The notes beneath the pieces were generated by a model. That model was not told the origin of the DNA. It searched no databases and saw only the letters and a program-made list of their open reading frames with translations. The position numbers were made by a program, and so were the translations under genes. DNA of 64,000 bases from Podarcis erhardii (lineage: Eukaryota): assembly GCA_964252035.1 (NCBI GenBank), contig OZ176203.1; one strand, given 5' to 3'. Within the stretch, counting starts at the first letter, position 1; the number at the start of each line of letters is the position of its first letter. Below are positions 62,641 through 64,000 of the stretch, piece after piece.

Positions 62641-62980
62641 CCCATCGTTCAACCCGGACACTGAGGTCCAGCACCGAGGGCCTTCTGGCAGTTCCCTCCC
62701 TGTGAGAAGCAAGGTTGCAGGGAACTAGGCAGAGGGCCTTCTCGGTAGTGGCGCCCGCCCTGTGGAACATCCTCCCATCAGATGTCAAGGAAATCAACAA
62801 CTACCTGACATTTAGAAGACATCTGAAGGCAGCCCTGTTTAGGGAAGTTTTTAATGACTGATGTTTTAATGTACTTTTAATCTTTTGTTGGAAGCTGCCC
62901 AGAGTGGCTGGGGAAACCCAGCCAGATGGGCGGGGTATAAATAATAAATTATTATTACTAATTATTATTATTAGTAATAG
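62641..62980 (+). mobile_element. L2 LINE 3' end; related copies at about 33182-33300 (+), 43498-43732 (+), 46115-46385 (+), 51923-52270 (-), 60490-60829 (-)
   Basis: RAFSVVAPALWNxLPSDVK...FRRHLKAALF C-terminus, then ggggtataaataa(tta)n tail. Confidence 0.85.
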
Positions 62981-63065
62981 TATTTCATTGATTCAGCTGT
63001 ATACCTACTTCTGAGCCACCTGTATTATGGCCGAATCTGAATAGTGCAGATGCAACACATATATA

Positions 63066-63424
63066 AAGGGACGCGGGTAGCGCTGTGGGTTAAACCACAG
63101 AGCCTAGGACTTGCCGATCAGAAGGTCGGTGGTTTGAATTCCCATGACGGGGTGAGCTCCCGTTGTTCGGTCCCTGCTAATGCCAACCTAGCAGTTCGAA
63201 AGCACGTCAAAGTGCAAGTAGATAAATAGGTACCACTCCAGCGGGAAGGTAAACGGCGTTTCCGTTTGCTGCTCTGGTTCACCAGAAGCGGCTTAGTCAT
63301 GCTGGCCACATGTCCCGGAAGCTGTACGCCAGCTCCCTCGGCCAATAAAGCGAGATGAGCGCCGCAACCCCAGAGTCGATCAAGACTGGACCTAATGGTC
63401 AGGGGTCCCTTTACCTTTACCTTT
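63066..63424 (+). mobile_element. Sauria SINE, full length, with 12-bp TSD, in an EDNRB intron
   Basis: TSD aacacatatata at 63054-63065 and 63425-63436. Confidence 0.92.
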
Positions 63425-63677
63425 AACACATATATAGGAACCACATAGGGGTTTTACAAAAAGCCACAATTAGACTGGGCACTGGACCAGACAGACTTGC
63501 ACTCCAGCATGTCCACAGCATGTCCACAGCATGTCCACTGGCTGCCATATACGCTCCTCACAATGATCTCAGAGGGCCACTTGCTGTATAAATTGGCTCT
63601 GCATAAATGCCACCTTTGGGGGAGTAAATCAAAATGGCAGCGCTATCTTGGGAAGCGTTTCATCAGAGGAGCCCTAC

Positions 63678-63811
63678 CTCAGAAGTTCGCATCTGTTTGG
63701 GTCACTCGCATCGTAAAGAGCAAACTTCAGTATCCTACCAAGGTGGAGAGGAAGCCAACACACAGCGAAGACGAGCACTAAGAAGAACACGGTTCTGGCC
63801 ACTTCGCGTCT
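63678..63811 (-). CDS. EDNRB: Endothelin receptor type B, TM6/ECL3 exon (RREVARTVFFLVLVFAVCWLPLHLGRILKFALYDASDPNRCELL); upstream exons outside the window
   Basis: tttcag|AGA...AG|gtaggg; 134 nt, the size I recall for the equivalent human EDNRB exon; CWLP motif. Confidence 0.94.
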
Positions 63812-64000
63812 CTGAAAGCAAAGAAACACCCATTGAAAATGGGGAAACGGGTCATACTTAATGAAGCTGAACATTTCAATTGGAACATGATCCCTGACCA
63901 GTCTCTGCATTATGTTTCTCCTACACACACTGGCACACTTCTGGCTTCTAGCTATGAAAAAAACAAGGGCACTGGGCAAAATATTGCATGATACTTCAAA

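Noticed and set aside
63517-63551. Short 11-bp tandem (cagcatgtcca)x3 as a spacer-repeat array
   Set aside because: No spacers; a simple minisatellite in a vertebrate intron. No CRISPR-like array was seen anywhere in the window.
63812-63979. N-terminal half of ORF 63674..63979 (MPSALVFF...)
   Set aside because: Intronic; EDNRB homology starts exactly at the tttcag acceptor.

Overview
Vertebrate genomic DNA, most likely from a lacertid lizard: it carries Sauria/Squam1, Squam2 and Squam3 SINEs, BovB, L2, CR1, L1, Penelope-like and Tc1/mariner/hAT MITEs. Three protein-coding genes lie on the minus strand. (1) IPO5 (importin-5): coding exons 1-15 (604 codons), a CpG-island promoter at about 20.6-21.9 kb, and a 3' part that runs off the left edge. 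(2) A multi-exon AID/APOBEC-family cytidine deaminase at about 27.45-30.61 kb. One 580-nt exon carries an intact HAE...PCxxC zinc domain. Small downstream exons not represented in the ORF track add an acidic linker and a tail with TPQK/SP sites and a KRKLDF cyclin-docking-like motif. Its first exon was not firmly located. (3) The last three coding exons of EDNRB (endothelin receptor B), with a near-invariant C-tail but an unusually substituted TM6/TM7 ligand-pocket segment. EDNRB and IPO5 are about 20 Mb apart in human. Their tandem arrangement here is what a single inversion with SLAIN1|EDNRB and RAP2A|IPO5 breakpoints would produce, and the deaminase sits in that junction. A minimal Penelope-type hammerhead ribozyme lies just upstream of the IPO5 promoter. 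All exon coordinates were derived by hand; no database searches were run.
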